Part shown: piece after piece, positions 51,787 to 64,000 of the stretch
Layout: every line of letters starts with the position of its first letter
Position numbering within the stretch: the first letter of the stretch is position 1
Source: Vicugna vicugna
Taxonomy: Eukaryota
Assembly (NCBI GenBank): GCA_013265495.1
Contig: MU057887.1
Span: forward strand, 3,073,576-3,137,575
DNA length: 64,000 bases
Reading direction: 5' to 3'
Position numbers and translations under genes: made by a program
Notes under the pieces: generated by a model
Databases searched by the model: none
What the model was told of the DNA's origin: nothing
The model's input: the letters and a program-made list of their open reading frames with translations, nothing else

Positions 51787-53351
51787 AGCCGCCTTTTAAT
51801 TCTGTGAAGTATAAAGCTTTTGAAAGCGCACACTGACCTCACGCAGGACATGCAGCTGGCCCTGAGCCCGAGGAAAGACGCTCCCGGTCTTCAGTCACCA
51901 GAGGGCCGCCCACTATCGCTCCAGGAGGACACACCAGGCACCACCTTCGACCATAAAAACAAGAAGGAAGGACATTCCAGACACTGGCAGACTGGTGTGG
52001 CCGGGAGCCTCAGCGGTGTGGCCACTCCCAGTGAAGGTGGACGGAGCCCGCCCCCGGGATTCACTCAGGAGCATCGGGGGCGCCTGTCCCCACGCAGCAG
52101 CCGGAACAGAAGTGTCCCCAGTGGCTTCATTCACAACAGGAAGACCCTGGAAAGTCCCCAACTTCGCACAGAGCAGTGAGGTGGAAAGTGCGCTGTGTTC
52201 CTGGATGGAATCCATCCCGCGGCCACGGTACTGGGCTGGGCTGCTGTGCTGAGGGACAGGGACAGGAGGGACACGGCGCTCTGGGGCTGTGGAGACGCTG
52301 ACGCCATGGTGTCCAGCGGTGTGTTTGGCCGTTCCGTGGCCCTGGGGCGGGCCCCTCCCTCCCTCACCAGTGGGGAGTGAGGACAGGATCAGGACAAGGG
52401 CCCCTGCGCCTGGAGCTGGGGGCCGCGACGTCCGGCTGGATGGCCTGGTCCCCCAACATCCGGGCAACGACCTCACCCACCGGGGATCCGTGGAGTCAGG
52501 GCTCGCATTGTCCCCCCCACCTCGTGCTGCGGGAAAGAGGGGGGCCTGACCGGACAAAACACCTTTACCAAGTGCATAAACATGCTCTCCCCAAGCGCAG
52601 TGTCCGATCTCCAGCGGCCGTCCGCTGCGCTCTGCGTCCCCCGGGCGAGGGCTCGGTGAGCGGGGCCCGCGGGCCTGCGCACTGAGGGCGGCTCCGAGCG
52701 TGGGCTTTCCCGGGCTGACTGGCGCAGGTTTTCCGAGTGCGGAGCTGACGTTCCCGGCTCCGGAGAGCCCCGGGCCCACATGTCGGGGAACCGCAGCTCT
52801 TCCGGGAAATTCTCGGACTTAATTTTCTTCTCGTGATTTTATTCCTGAGACCGGCTTGGCTTGTTAATCAGTTGGCTCTGAAGGATGGACTGTAGCGTGA
52901 TATGGTCATACTGTCACAGAAAACCGTTCCAGCCCCAAATAGCAGGGCAGAGTCTACAGCCCCAGACACTGGGGCGAAGAGGCAGGAATTCACGCAGGCG
53001 TCTGGCAGCTGGGCGTGGAGCAGAAGTAGCTTTTGTTCCCACGGGGGCCCAGCTACGGACATGGGGAAGGCCGGGCGCAGCGCTCAGCCACCGTCATCAG
53101 AGCAGGATGGGCGCACGCCTGGTTAAAGCCAGCTCCCCTCCTCTGAACCGGATCCAGAGGCTGCCGGCGGCTCCCGGACGTCCAGGGGCACTGAGCAGCC
53201 CCTCTCCCCATCCCATGCCCTGTGTTCACCTGCCTCTGCTGCTACCACCTGAGCCGGCCCCCCCCCCTGCTGGGTCCGGCTCAGTGTCTCCACTCCCGCC
53301 CTGGCCACTCTGGTCTGCACCCCCTCCCCGACTCAGTCCAGGCTCAGCGGA

Positions 53352-53800
53352 CGGGTTAACCATGCATTTTATTTTCTATGTTTTGTGATACTTTGACATC
53401 TTGGGGATGACAGGGGAGAGACTGCCCCTCTTGGGGGCCCCTCACCCCTAGAGACGGGGAGTGACTCCCTGCATATGTGCCTTCGTGTGTGGATGGCCAG
53501 CCCAGAGCCGTGAGCCCACCTGCTCCTTCCCCTCGCACACCCCACCAGCATGCCTGCCCGCATCCTCCCAGAGCCAGGCACGGGACAGCAAGGGACCGCC
53601 CGACAGCCAGAGCCAGCAACATGCTTCCAGCGTCCAGTCCTGTGCCTGCTCAGCCGTGCCCGTCCCCTCGCTCCTTCTGCTCCTGACCCGCGCCCGTGCC
53701 CACTCACGTGGCCATGAGGGACGTGGCCACTGGGCCTGCTCCTCCTGGCATCTGTGAGAACTAAGCTCTTCCTTCAGGACAGCTTTCCCATGTCTGTCCC
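53352..53800 (+). mobile_element. MER74-like (ERVL) LTR
   Basis: TTAACCATGCATTTTATTTTCTATG...CTTTGACATCTTGGGG...GACTGCCCCTC...CCTAGAGA matches the MER74 5' end. Confidence 0.65.
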
Positions 53801-56399
53801 CGAACCCTGCCAATTCAAATTCAGACAAATCTGGGTTACAAATCCTGAAACACTGGGCACCCTGAGGGCGCTGATGAGACAACAGAGCGGGTCCCTCCGC
53901 TGGAGACTCTAAGTCAGAGTCCCCAGCGACCAACGAAGCCCGCTGCCCACTTCCCCCACCCGCTCCCCGCTCTGGTCCCATCCCTCCCCCCAACCCTCCC
54001 CCAGCCTCACAGCTCCTCTGTCTTTCCTGGGAGGTGCCCGATCCTGGGAGGGGCCCGGCCTTCCCCCACCCCCGGCAAGCCCCAGCCCTGGCCCCCGTGC
54101 GTGGAATTCTCCCCCTGGACCTGGCCCGGCTGCTGTCCACCCCGGCCCCGGCTCTGGGGCTCGGGTCCTGCAGTTCGTCAGCAAACCTCTCCTGAGCCTC
54201 GAAGAAGAGCCACGGGCACCTGCGGGCCTCGCCTGTCCTTGCCCGCGGGGCTCTGTGCTGTGTGTCTGCTGTGTGTCGTAAAGCCGCTCATGCCGTGTCG
54301 CCTGACTGGGGCTGAGCCCCCGGGGCAGCGGCGGGAGGTACAGCGCGCACAGGAGGAGGGTCCTGGGGGTCTGGGCTGCCCGCCCCGCCTCGCTGAGCTC
54401 CCGGGGGCCGTGTCTAATCTTCCCTGGAGGCGCCCGAAGCCCATCAGCCAGCAGGGCCGCCCTCCGGGGCCACGTGCTCTCCGCGCTGATGTCCCACGTG
54501 CAGCCCCCACCTCGTGCACGTGCGTGGCTGCGGGCTGTCTGCGCCGTGGGAGGACCGACGGTGGCCGGGGCTGCTTCGTCCAAGGCTGGACCCTCACCCG
54601 CAGCCCCCCAGGGGGCCATTGGCCTCCAGGGGCAAGACCCGGGGCCTTTGGCCTTTACTGTTCAAGATCTTCCCTTTGTTGCTGCCCCCACCCCCACCCA
54701 ACACCACCGCCGGGGCCTCAGGTGGAGACTCCAGCACCCACTTCGGGCGCCACAGCCACACTGCGGCACGACAGGACCTTCCAGATCGCAGTGACCTGAA
54801 ATGGTGCTGTGAGTCAGGCTGAAACTCAGCCCTGAAGTAGCCGGCTTGGTGAAAACGTTGGTTTCGCTCAGGACTCCGAGGTCCGGTTGGGCTCCGGGGG
54901 ACGGCCTGCGTCTGCTCTTGGCATCTTCCCTGGGCGGCTCCCGGGGCAGGGGCTGGTCACTCAGCCTGGAGGTGGTGCTGCCCCTCGGCAGAGCCCTGGC
55001 TGCTGGCCATCCATGCCTGTGACCCCAGACCCTAAGTGCCAGCCATGGACAGAGAGTCAGGTGGGCACCTTCTGCCTCAGAAGCCACCGCGTCCCTTCTG
55101 CTGCTTTCTGTTCATTGACCATCACAAACCCTCTCTTGTCCGCAGGCTGAAGGGGGCGGGTGAAGGGAGCCCATCCCCCTGCTGGGAGGCGGCGAGGTTC
55201 TGGAAGGGCACGTGGAGCCATCAGTGTTGCTGTGGAGATTTCAGGAACATTTAGTTAGGTGCAGTAAGTGTCGGTGATAATTTTCTCAAAGGCTGAACAA
55301 AAGCCCTTCGTTTCTTCATGAGTGATGTGACATGACAGGTGGCTTGCTTGCTCCTGAGCATCTCCTCCAAGCTGATCTCCTCCGGGAAGCCCTCCATGGG
55401 GAGCAGGCCGAGGATGCCCCGTGAGGCAGGGAAGATGCCCTGCGTCTCCAAGGGAGAGCGGAGCTCGGGGCGCCCAGGGCATGAGGCAGGCGTCACGCCG
55501 TGTGGGGCCCGAGGACCACGGCGGCTCCCAGAGCTGAGAGGCCAGGCGGTGCGGGGCAGGGGCAGAGTCCGGCGCTGGCGGGCGAGGGTGCGGAGGTCGG
55601 CGGCCCTGGGCGGCCAGAGTCTCTGTGGAAGTGCCACTGAAAGAAGGGAGCACTTCAGAGGCCTGAGGACTCCTCTGCACCCACGTCGAGACTAAGCCAT
55701 GCGGAAAGGGTCTAGACTGAGCCACTGCCTGCTCCGCCCTCCCTCCTTCACGCCGGGCAGAGCACCCCCGTGCGGCCCGGGTTGCTGGTTCTCTGCGGGC
55801 GGGCGGGCGGGCGTCGGGGTGGGGCTGCTGGGAGAAGTCCCTCCGTCAATCCATCCTCAAGATGAGCCTCTCCGCTCGTACTTTTCACTCTGATCACGTG
55901 GACTTTGGAGTAAGATTGCCAAGTTCCACGAAAAGCACCCTGGAAATTATGTTTCAATTTTATAGCTTTAGAATATCGAGGTTTCTAATCTGCAGGCAGT
56001 GCTTCTGCCTCCATTTCTTCAGATCCTCTTTTATGTCCATCATACATTCTGTCATTATTTCCGCCGAGGCCGTGCTCACTTGCGTCGGGCTGTCCCTGGG
56101 CCTGGGCGCGCCACTGTCGCGGCTACTGTTGCCTATTGAGCAAGAGAGACAAGAGGCAGCACATTGCCTGGTCCTTCCCAGGCTCGCGTTTCACAGCATT
56201 GTGATAATTAGCTTTATTCTTCCCTGACAATCTTATTCCGTATCTTCACATTTAAGAGTAGTGTAAGTGCAGGATGGCTAGGATCTAAAATTCGGGAAAG
56301 GATGAAGGGAAGTGTGTGTAAACAAGGAGGTAACTTCCAAAGAATGGACCCCCTGCAGCGTCCCTCCACCAGACACCAGCCAGCATGAGCTCTACTCAC

Positions 56400-58950
56400 T
56401 TTGGTGAAGGTATTGCAAACATCTAATTTTTCTTCTCTCACAGTTTCGACTTTGTTAGTAGTCATACAGGGGAATTGTTTTTCATTTGTGCACTGAGTTT
56501 GCACCCAGCAATTTTTTTTGGATTCATTTTTACTTCTAATATTTTTCTGTACATTCCCTAGAATTATCTGTTATCCACTATCTGGTAAATTCAATGCTTT
56601 CTTTTCAGGTCTTACAACTTTTATATTCCTTTTTCTTGTCTTATTGCTTTAGCTGAGACCTCGCTTCCTCCAGTGAAATGTTAACTTCAAGAGCTCCCAG
56701 CACACAGCCTTGGGCTCTTCTTAACAGAAATAGAGGTGCCTCTGTGCTCTCACCTTTAAAGGTGGCATTCATGTTTTGATTGCTCCCAACTTTGCTAAGA
56801 GTTATCATGTGAGAACGGGTGAATTTTGTCACGTAATTTACCTGCAGGTCTTGAGAGGAGCTAACGATTGTTCTGCTCTGCCCTTAATTTATTTTCTGAT
56901 TCTGAGCTGAACAAATTATTACTCTAAAGTCATTCACAGTATTTTCTTTGAGTTTTAAATATCTCTTGTCTTATCAAGTTATATTCACCTTTTCTTATTA
57001 ATGAATGTTACTTCTTCTTTTCTTATCAATCATATTAACAAGGTTTTTTCCCTTAAATTAAAACCATTGCATTTGAGAACCTCATTATTTTTTCTTTAGA
57101 AGGTATTGTGTTGATTCATGCTCTTGTCTTTACCATTTCCTTTTATTTTTCTTCAGACCTCTTTCCATCTTGCTGTATGCCACAGTTGAACATTTATTCG
57201 TTTTCATCAGTAAGTCTGCAGAAGGCTGTAGATCGCCTCTCAGTTTTGCTAACCTGGACCCATGAGTGTTTACATGGCGAACACTCCCCGTCTCTCAGTT
57301 ACAAAGAGACTGCTTTTCCATCACACCTGCATCACTCAGAAGCACATTTTTAAGTTTCCAGATTATGTTTTTCTATACTTATGTTCTATTTATTGCCTAG
57401 TGAGCAGAGAAAAATGATGTCAATTAAAATACTGAGATCTCACTGGTGTTAATTGCAGGGTTAATTTTATAGAAGTTTCATACACACCGTGAGTATATTA
57501 ATTATACATGTATATGTACAACGTGTATAAACACAGTTCTGTGGTATGGTCTTCTATGTATGTCGACTTGGTCGGGTGTGCAGATTTTGTTATCCAGACC
57601 TTCAGAGGCACAATTATCTTTAATTTGTCCTAAAAAAATTAGTGTATGTTAAACGCACCTTTTATCATAGTGAATACACTTACTTCTTCTTATAGTTCTT
57701 TAGGCTTTTGTATACATTTTGAAGCTTTTATTAACTGAATACGAGTTTACAATACTTACACCTTCCTATATTGCACACCGTTTTATTATCTAAGGTGCCC
57801 CCGTTAGCCCTATTACTGTATGTCCTAAATTTGGACTTGTCTGACATTAATACTACCTGAATATTTACATCTTTTCCATCCCTTTATTTTTAAACTTTGT
57901 GTAGTTTATTTATCTCATGCTTCCTGTAAAGGCTTTAAACATCCAACCATGTGATGTCTGTCTCCTCACAGTCGAGCTGAACTTGACCAGCTTCATGGTG
58001 AGCTGACCTATGTCTGCTCATTTCCACCCTCTTATTTTGCATTTTCTGATTCCTGTCTTTTTATATTTCCTTGGTTTTTCCTTATGCTACGCTGCTTTCC
58101 TTCTGCACCCACTTTTGTTCCCACTAAAGAGCATCTTTTTGATGGTTCTTTAAATGAAGTTGTTAGGTGCTAAATTAGTCTTGAATGAGCAACACTAAGC
58201 TGATCTTGCCTCGCGCAAAAATTACGACTTGGGAGGTGGCTGTTAACCTTAGGGTGACAGTTACTGCCTCCGACTCCTTGAAGACGCCGCCCTCTCTCCC
58301 CTGCCGTCCTGATGTGCAGGGAGCGCCTCCGTCAGTCTCTCTCCGTCCCTCAGGCACCGTCACCCTTTTGTCCTCCGGCAGCTCTTAATGTTGTCCTCTC
58401 ACCTTGATGTTCTGAAGCTGCGCCTTCCTGGGGGTGGTGGAGGGAGTTCACTTGTCCTCGCACTCACTGGGAGCACGCTCTCTGTCCGACCATTCACGTC
58501 TGTCTTCAGTGTTGTAAAGTGCTCGGTCATTCTTCCCGCAAATACTGCTTCCCCGCGACTCCTCCTCGGCGTCCCGTCGGAGGAAGCCTGGGCTCTGCAC
58601 ACTCGGCCCCGAGCAGCCTAACTGCTGTCCGTGCACCTCAGCCTCTCCGAGCACGATGCCGTGTGGCGGGAAGCGCCGACTCCCTCTCCTCCTTCGCCGT
58701 CTCACCCCGGGGCTGCGTCTGGTCTACAAGCTACCCCGCATCAAGTCCTGTCCCTTTTGTAAGACTTCCAGCTATGACTTTTTCATTCTTTTAAATAAAA
58801 GTCTGCATTCATTAACCTCTTTGAACACCCTCAGTATAGCTACAGAAAACGTTTGACCAGTAGTTCTGAAAGCTGCTTCTGGCCGAAGCCCTCTAACGTG
58901 CTGGTAGCTGACTTCTTTGTTCACTCTCTTCCTTGGTCTGTGCTTTCTTT
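56400..58950 (-). mobile_element. Ancient LINE-1 remnants (T-rich block)
   Basis: Long T-rich segment with patchy antisense L1 ORF2-like motifs such as TTATTGCTTTAGCTGAGACCTC and CTTGTCTGACATTAATA. Confidence 0.55.
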
Positions 58951-59308
58951 GTGTATTTTGGGATCTGAGGATGAACCCACATTGGAGCGGGAAGCGCTGT
59001 TTTGTTTCATTTCCCTTCTCTCCCCTCTTCTTTCTTTCTGTGCTGCCCCCCACACGCCCCAAGCCCATGGCCCAGACCGGGTCTCCCAGGGGAAGCCCAG
59101 AATCCCTGCCCGCGGGAGGTGGGCTCCACAGCCGGCCCAGGTGCCGCTTGGCAGCAGATGCCGAGTTTCCCACGGGCGGGGATCCCAGCCCCTCACCCAC
59201 ACTCCGTGGCGCCCCGCCAGTGCCAAAGTCCACCTAACCCGAATGGTCAGCGACCTAGAAAATCCTCTTCCCACAGGTCTGCAAGGCGCTGACGACTCAC
59301 GCAGGGGT

Positions 59309-59512
59309 CAGGGGTCAGCAAACGTGCTCCGTAAGGGGCCGGATAGCAAATGCTTTCTGTTTTGTAGTCTCCGTAGCAACTCGCCGGCCCCCAGTGCAGC
59401 TCAGACACCCACGGCCACGTGCACACAAACGTGCTCATCCGCGCTCCCGGGAAACTCTGACAGGACAGGCCGAGCCTGATTCCGGCCGAGCTGTGGTCCC
59501 AGCGCCCGTCCC
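59309..59512. mobile_element. MER58A-like MITE (opposite orientation to the split copy)
   Basis: CAGGGGTCAGCAAACGTGCTCCGTAAGGGGCCGGATAGCAAATGCTTT...GTCTCCGTAGCAACTC. Confidence 0.7.
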
Positions 59513-59904
59513 GGCGCGCGAGACTGGGAATCCCGACTTGAACTTGGGTAGAGACTCAAGGATTGCCTTTGCACACAGGCCGCATGCAGATGAGAAGCAG
59601 GTTTAATAAGCAACATTGTAGCGACATCCCTAACGTCTCAAAAGCAGGGACTTCCGTTCGGGTACCTTCTGTACACCACCAAGCAGAAACAGGAGGCTGA
59701 AACACCCCAGTGCAAATCTTTCTACTTTGTTTTATTTACGTATATTAAATACTTTGTAGTTCAATGGACCCTTAGAAATTAGGTTTGGAAGGATTTGGAG
59801 GGAAATTTGCAATGCAGCGGGTTCATTAGGACTCCAATTAGGGTGATGGGAACCAACGTTCTAAATTAAATTTTTACGTTAAAATCATTGTGGACATGCA
59901 CACT

Positions 59905-60378
59905 GTTGTTTTTAACTGAAGCCTAGTCAGTTCCAATGTGTCCATTTCCGGTGGACAGCGTCCTGTTCTAATCGTGCATATGCGCATATGTTCATTTTCA
60001 TATTCTTTTTCATTAAAGGTGATTACAAGATATTGAATATAGTTCCCTGTGCTCTACAGAAGAAATTTCCTTTTTTATCTATTTTTATATATAGTGGTTG
60101 ACATTTGCAAATCTCAAACTCCCAAATTTATCCCTTTCCCCCAGTAACCATAAGATCGTTTACTGTGTCTGCGAGTCTGCTTCTGTTTTGTGGATGAGCT
60201 CATCAGTGTCCTCTCTTTTCTTTTTTCTTTTTTGGATCCCACCTACAAGTGATTTCACACGGTGTTTTCCTTTCTCCTCTGGCTCACTCCACTTAGGATG
60301 ACCATCTCCTGGCAGTTCCATCCATTTGCTGCAAATGGCATTACTTTATTCTTTTTTATGGCTGAGTAGTATCCCACT
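59905..60378 (-). mobile_element. LINE-1 3' end (camelid/artiodactyl type)
   Basis: GATTACAAGATATTGAATATAGTTCCCTGTGCT...TTGCTGCAAATGGCATTACTTTATTCTTTTTTATGGCTGAGTAGTATCCCA; the minus-strand ORF contains YYSAIKKNKVMPFAA (ORF2 C-terminus). Confidence 0.9.
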
Positions 60379-60699
60379 GAATCAACATAAGACATACTGT
60401 CACAAGCAACACCACAGAGACCCCGTGTAGCCTGTGCCCAGTCCCCCCGATGGTGACACCAAACGGAACTGTGACCTGTGTCACCTCCAGGACGTGCATG
60501 CTGGCGCGTCTGCCCGTCTTGTTCAGACGCCCCCAGATTCGCTTGTGTGCCTGTGTGGTTATTTAGTTCTGTGTCAGTGCTTTGTTTTGAGTGAGAGGAT
60601 GTTGGAAGGGCGTCCAGTGACCCAAAGCACCAGGCCTGGGGGAACGCATGTCTGAGGTAGGAGGGGTCCCAGCCGACGTCACACTGCTTGTCGTCCACA

Positions 60700-61075
60700 C
60701 GGACATCGCTCGGACGCGATTATGAGAAACAAACCCGCCTAACCTGGACTGACGGCAGCAAGCGAGTGGCCCCCGTCCTGTACTAATGGACGTCAAAGGG
60801 CGGGGAGCTCCGGGATAATTACGCCGAGGTTAAATGCTTTCCAAGCAGGCTTTTCAATAACTGACTTTTCAAAGACCTCAGGGACCTAAACAAACGCCCG
60901 ATATTTGTTCAGGCTGAAGCTCTGACTCTCAATTAGACTGCGAAATTAATATGCATGCAGGCCGCTCCTTTCTTCGCTGACGGCGAGCTGCCTTCCCTGT
61001 TTCCCTCGGAGATGCGTTCACGTTCCGTAATATCATCCATTATTTGGGATTATTAATTCATCAGTTACTCAGTTG
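60700..61075. promoter_or_regulatory. Candidate enhancer-like AT-rich island
   Basis: GATAATTA, TAAACAAA and TATTTGTT (Forkhead-like), CAATTAG, ATTAATATGCAT and GGGATTATTAATT. Confidence 0.45.
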
Positions 61076-62264
61076 AAAACCCTGATGAGCCAGTGCCGCG
61101 AGTGGTGGGGAAGCGTCAGACCGCGGTGGAAAATCAGCAGATGCTTAGGAAACACTATTCGGGGACACCGAGTGAGGAAAGGACCTCTGCACAAAACCAC
61201 CGGGGGGCTTGGAGGTCCTAAGCGAACGCCCTGGCGGGTGGGGGCCTGGGGCCTCAGTCCTGTGGTTTCACGGCTTTTCCTTCCCGCAGGCTGAGGCTTC
61301 GTGGGGCGGGGTCTCAGTGGAGGGCCTCGGGAGGGGCTGCGGGGCTGGGGGACCGGGGAGGTGACGGTCGGACCCTGTGGGGCTGGGGGGCCAGGGGCGG
61401 TGACGCGGACCCCAGATAATGGCGCCGATGACATCTCAGATGCAGGATGGCCAGCTCTCAGCACCCTTCCCCTGGCAGCGGGGGGAGGGGGCTTGACCAG
61501 GGGAAGCCGAGTGCTGCCACCCCCACCCAGGTGCAAAGGACACGGTGGACACTTGGCCCCTAGACACCTCCCAGCCGCCCCCAGCAGCCTCCAAGGAGCC
61601 TGGCTGGTTGAGGGAGAGCCGTGGCAGAGGAACGTTAACATTGGCAAAGGGCCAGTGACAGATTGCGGTCGCTGGTGGTGGCAGCGTCTTAGCATCCTCT
61701 TAACCCCGCGATTAGTGGGGCGTCTGCCGAGAGATGCTTAATTAGCGCTTGCTAAATTGTGCCGAGCCAAGCAGCTTCCCAGTCTGTGCACACACTCTCC
61801 GGGCTTCTGTGCACACGGTCTTGGAATGAACCATAAGAGGACTTTCCGTCCTCTGGGGGATCGGCTGGTGGCCTTCGTCCATGCCCTGTGCCCTCCCCCA
61901 GTGCCCTGCTTGACTGCCAGGGAGAAGCCACCCCTCACTAATGGCCTGAGGGCAGGGCAGGGCCCTGGGAGGGCTGAGAGCTCCTGTGGGGTCACCTCTC
62001 TGCACCCTGACCCTCCCTCACGAGCCTTTGCTGCTGGCTGAGCAGGCTCGTGGGCAGAGCAGACAGAGCCTGAAGCTAATTAACTCCGCCAGATGCACAG
62101 CCCTGCCCCTCGGTCTCCCGGCGGGATTCACAGGCTGCTTCTGGCCCTCGCTCACCAGACACCGAAGGCTCAGGGACCCAGGAGAGCTGACCCCTTACAG
62201 ACGGGTGGAGGGCGGGTCAGGGAGGGCCTCCTTCTGCGACTTCGACTTCGTTCCTCTCACATTC

Positions 62265-63035
62265 ACACGCAGCCCTTCCCACACCAGACGGGCGGGTCCC
62301 TTTCCTCCGCCTGGTTCTGCCACCCCGGCTAGATGTCCTACGGTTCAGCTCCGTTCTGGCACCGCCTACCTGGAGACAGCACCAGGTCCCGCCCTGCCGG
62401 GCGCATCCCACAGGGCTGCCCCCTGCCGCCCTGGTTCAGATGCCCACCGCAAGCCCAGTGTCACCTGAGCATCTGATCAAACGCTTGTAGGCCACAGGCT
62501 CCCGTGCCCCCTCCTCTGTTCAGTTAGAGTCCTTGAGCAGCTCACAGGACTCAGAGAGACGTTTTCCCTACTAGATCACCAGTGCTGCGGAAGGACATGA
62601 AGTCGGAGCATCCGAGTGGGAGAGGTGCCCAGGGGGGTGGTGGGGAGGGGCCGGGAGCGACCCTGCTCCCTGTAGGCCCCGCGCTCCCAGCACCTCCACC
62701 TGCTCCCCAGCCCAGAGGCTCTCTGAAGCCCCCCGTGTTCTGATGGGGGGTCGTTAAGTGGGCTGATGGATTCAGTCATGGGTCATCGGGGATCAATCTA
62801 ACATCTAGCCCCTCTGCCCCGCAAGCGTCAGGCGTTGGGCTGAACCCCTCAAATCCCAACCCCACGGAGGTTCCCCTGGCCACCAGCCCCCACCCCGAGG
62901 CTCTCGAGGGGCCCACCCTGAGTCACATCATGAACACACAGGAGACACCACTTTGGAGATTCCAAGGGTTTAGGAGCTGCTGCCAGGAAACTGGGCAAAG
63001 ACAGACCATATGTTTCTTATAATCACAATATCACA
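62265..63035 (-). mobile_element. MER21-like LTR (copy 1)
   Basis: Minus strand begins TGTGATATTGTGATTATAAGAAACATATGGTC...GCTCCTAAACCCTTGGAATCTCC; internal CTACCTGGAGACAGCA and TTCAGATGCC motifs. Confidence 0.8.
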
Positions 63036-63182
63036 TCACGATATCCAGCCCAGGTCTGTCTAAGGGGTGCGCCTGGACCCAGCTGCAGCCCCGATGGGGA
63101 GGGATGAAGGGCCGGGGTGGGGGCAGGGGTGGGTGCTGGTCCCGCAGGGCTGCAGGGGCTCAACTTCGTTCCTCTCACATTC

Positions 63183-63953
63183 ACACGCAGCCCTTCCCAC
63201 ACCAGACGGGCGGGTCCCTTTCCTCCGCCTGGTTCTGCCACCCCGGCTAGATGTCCTACGGTTCAGCTCCGTTCTGGCACCGCCTACCTGGAGACAGCAC
63301 CAGGTCCCGCCCTGCCGGGCGCATCCCACAGGGCTGCCCCCTGCCGCCCTGGTTCAGATGCCCACCGCAAGCCCAGTGTCACCTGAGCATCTGATCAAAC
63401 GCTTGTAGGCCACAGGCTCCCGTGCCCCCTCCTCTGTTCAGTTAGAGTCCTTGAGCAGCTCACAGGACTCAGAGAGACGTTTTCCCTACTAGATCACCAG
63501 TGCTGCGGAAGGACATGAAGTCGGAGCATCCGAGTGGGAGAGGTGCCCAGGGGGGTGGTGGGGAGGGGCCGGGAGCGACCCTGCTCCCTGTAGGCCCCGC
63601 GCTCCCAGCACCTCCACCTGCTCCCCAGCCCAGAGGCTCTCTGAAGCCCCCCGTGTTCTGATGGGGGGTCGTTAAGTGGGCTGATGGATTCAGTCATGGG
63701 TCATCGGGGATCAATCTAACATCTAGCCCCTCTGCCCCGCAAGCGTCAGGCGTTGGGCTGAACCCCTCAAATCCCAACCCCACGGAGGTTCCCCTGGCCA
63801 CCAGCCCCCACCCCGAGGCTCTCGAGGGGCCCACCCTGAGTCACATCATGAACACACAGGAGACACCACTTTGGAGATTCCAAGGGTTTAGGAGCTGCTG
63901 CCAGGAAACTGGGCAAAGACAGACCATATGTTTCTTATAATCACAATATCACA
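63183..63953 (-). mobile_element. MER21-like LTR (copy 2, product of the tandem duplication)
   Basis: Same sequence as copy 1 at offset +918. Confidence 0.8.
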
Positions 63954-64000
63954 TCACGATATCCAGCCCAGGTCTGTCTAAGGGGTGCGCCTGGACCCAG

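Larger units (their letters stand above)
62245..64000. repeat. Direct tandem duplication, unit 918 bp (62245-63162; 63163 to beyond 64000)
   Basis: Constant +918 offset to the window end; identical 67-aa ORFs at 62576 and 63494; no mismatch seen by eye. Confidence 0.97.

Noticed and set aside
62265..63953. Two MER21 LTRs as a young provirus
   Set aside because: Non-LTR flanking sequence is duplicated as well and there is no internal region, so this is a tandem duplication.

Overview
Mammalian non-coding DNA, GC- and CpG-rich with a distal/subtelomeric character. It is probably camelid, judged from a Vic-1-like tRNA-derived SINE and artiodactyl-type L1 3' ends. I can support no cellular protein-coding exon, RNA gene or CRISPR array; the many ORFs in the track are what GC-rich sequence produces, and the only recognisable peptides are decayed LINE-1 ORF1/ORF2 pieces. 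The window contains: (i) three solo LTRs of one ERV1-like family, each with a clean 4-bp TSD and a variable CCAAT/octamer array; (ii) several L1 insertions with readable structure, including a 2.45-kb ORF2-deleted L1 that splits a MER58A, a twin-primed 5'-inverted L1, and an L1 nested in a SINE tail; (iii) ancient MLT1/MLT2/MER21/MER74/MER41-like LTRs and old L1s; (iv) an apparently perfect 918-bp tandem duplication running off the right end; (v) about ten AT-rich, TAAT-dense islands that look like conserved developmental enhancers in a gene desert or large intron. I found no convincing novel biological system. Repeat family names are assigned from remembered consensus sequences, not from a database search, and boundaries without a TSD are approximate.
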